Part shown: positions 61,700-64,000 of the stretch, piece after piece
Numbering within the stretch: position 1 is the stretch's first letter
How the letters are laid out: each line of letters starts with the position of its first letter
Source: Octopus sinensis
Taxonomy: Eukaryota
Direction of reading: 5' to 3'
Assembly: GCF_006345805.1 (NCBI RefSeq)
Contig: NC_043003.1
Span: 24,800,001-24,864,000, forward strand
DNA length: 64,000 nucleotides
Notes under the pieces: model-generated
The model's input: the letters and a program-made list of their open reading frames with translations, nothing else
What the model was told of the DNA's origin: nothing
Database searches by the model: none
Program-made: the position numbers and the translations under genes

Positions 61700-61715
61700 A
61701 ATAAATTAAAATAAA
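61700..61715 (+). terminator. Candidate polyadenylation signals for MTFR (AATAAA x2)
   Basis: aataaa at 61700 and 61710, about 170 nt after the stop codon. Confidence 0.45.
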
Positions 61716-64000
61716 ATTCTATTTGTTCCATATGCATTTTCCTTATCATTGATCCTTTTGCATGCATCAGATGACTTTGTTGAAGTAGATTTTCTAAGGG
61801 TGGACACATTTCCTCTTTCTAAATTGTAGGTGTTTATCTAGACGGGTTTTCATGGAAGATGACCAGCAGTTAACATTGCTTGTGTGATGCTGACACTTCT
61901 TTACAACTATTGTCACCTTTGTATGTTTCAGTGTCACTAAGCTTTGTTTGACTGGGGCTATAAGTGGAAGACATGGCTAAGATGCTATGCAGTGGGACTG
62001 AACCCAAGAGAATGTGGTTGGGGAGTGAACCACACCAGTGCCTGTAGCCATGATAATGCTTACCCTTATATTTATCCCAGAGTTCAGATTCTAAGAAATA
62101 GAATAACCCTCATCACATCAGTCTGAGTAATTACATCTAATGTTGAAGTTGACCCTCCACCCCTTCAGTGATGAAGAGGATATAAAGAACTTTTGTTGCT
62201 GATGGTATGCTGCTTACTCAAAATCTCACCAACTGGAATGGATTTGTAGTTGATTTCCTGATGAACATTGTTTTGTCTCAAACATATTTTCAGAACTTAC
62301 GGTTATCTCCTAACACAGTAGAGGCTATAAGAAACGTTTAATATATTTTGTAGTATATTATAGTTGCATTATGAAATTGTTTCCGTACATTTTCTGAATT
62401 CTGCAGGTAAGCCATGGACCTATGAAGACAATTTGTGATTCAAACATAATGATTAACTTGCCGTCTTTGATAGTCTATTCATCATCATCATTGTTTAATG
62501 TCCACTTTCCATGCTAGCATGGGTTAGAATTCTATCAATGGGATTGGTGCTACAGCAAACTAGTTGACTGAAAAACCTCTCTCAACCTGAGCTACACTTT
62601 AGTAATCATTTCCACTTGTTAAACCCAGAATATTACTGGATGTTTGCACTATCCAGGCAAATTATGAAGACTTGGAAGTCATCTCCTAAAATACTGACAT
62701 CATTGTGGAAGCAAGCAGCCCTTAATGAGTTCAGCGGTAGCATGAAAAAAATCCAGAAGACCTGTTCAATTGATTGAAGGGACCAGCAATGTAAAAAAAA
62801 AAGCATGCTGTCAGTGAATAAGTCAAAATAACACAGGCCAATTGCAAGCTCTTTGGACTGTGTTGTATATTTCACATGTCAAGTACTGGGTAACTCTCCT
62901 ATTGCACGCAACAAAGGACACCACTTTACTTACTAGCATGTTCATTAGACAAAATGGGTCTGTTCCCAGACAAGGAGAAAGACCTTAGGCCTAATAGGAT
63001 CCTATTTGATGTACTCAAAAACTAAATTTGGATTAACATGCTAAGCCTGTTAAAACATCACTTGAGTAGGAGCATGCATTTCACTTTTGGAACTGCATCA
63101 TTCAAGATAACTGGCATTGTATCAGAATGACCTGTATTCTTCCTTACCTGAAACCCTACACCACAATTTGAACAATTACCGTCATGCTGATCAAATTGCA
63201 ATTTCTTTTTTTTTTTTTGGTGGTGTAAAATATTAAAGCAGCAGTCTTCAAATTACCAGTATTTTGAAGGGAAGAGATCTTTCCATGCAAGTCATGATCT
63301 GTTGGTGCAACCTGTGGTTGAAATAGTTTAAAAAGCTGACAAAATGTTGCCTTTGTTCCGGACTGTCTCCAGACAACTAGAATTTCAACCAAAGTGCACA
63401 AAATTAAGTTTAAAACAAGGGTACATGATTTGCAGGTCATCTGAAACTGTTCATGGAATGCTTGAAATGGAACATGTAAATGCCTATATGAGAGCTGTAG
63501 GAGGAAAAAAAAGCCACATGCAGGACTGGAATTTGTAAGTCATTTAAACAATCCAGCTTGTAGCCAACTTGCCACTTGTACCATTAAGAATCTTAATTTT
63601 GCCAAAGCTCACATAGAGAGAGCATGCATGCTTATTGCTCATTTAAACTATACAGAAAAATACCAACATGCTGAACTACTGTTTAGGGTATTAGTTTGTT
63701 TGGCATAGTTTTTGTTGCACTGTTTTTCCATAGAAAAACAAGGTAAATTATCTTTCAATAAGATCTGGTAAAAAGATTTGAATAACACCAACTGCAATGG
63801 TTAATTTAAGCATGGAGTCATTTGGTTGTTACTCGGTCTCCGAAACTTTTCTATTGTCACTTAAATCTGATAATACCTGGATTTTAAGCTGTCCCAACAA
63901 CCAGAAACCTAAACGACAGGCAACATTTTTTGCTCAAACTCAAATTTTTAACGAGTGCATGGCAAACTGGTTAACAGGAATTTGAAGCTAGATATGGTTG

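Overview
AT-rich, repeat-dense eukaryotic genomic DNA. The repeat complement (tRNA-head SINEs, RTE and CR1 LINE ends, MITEs, microsatellites) suggests an octopus/coleoid genome; this is inferred, not proven. Nearly all ORFs in the supplied track are spurious or repeat-derived. Manual exon assembly with GT-AG and reading-phase checks gives two complete spliced genes, head-to-head around a CpG-retaining region at about 37-41 kb. ARMC1 is on the minus strand (8 coding exons, 23533-35147, 274 aa). An MTFR-family mitochondrial fission regulator is on the plus strand (8 coding exons, 44678-61532, 345 aa, with a 16-Pro tract). As I recall, ARMC1 and MTFR1 are also divergent neighbours in human and their proteins are reported to act together with MIRO, so this may be an ancient co-regulated mitochondrial gene pair; it is the main finding. 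A third, unidentified plus-strand gene built of very short exons is tentatively present at about 1.1-20.2 kb. The rest is Helitron, mariner/Tc, hAT, piggyBac-like, LINE and SINE material, including many fold-back structures.
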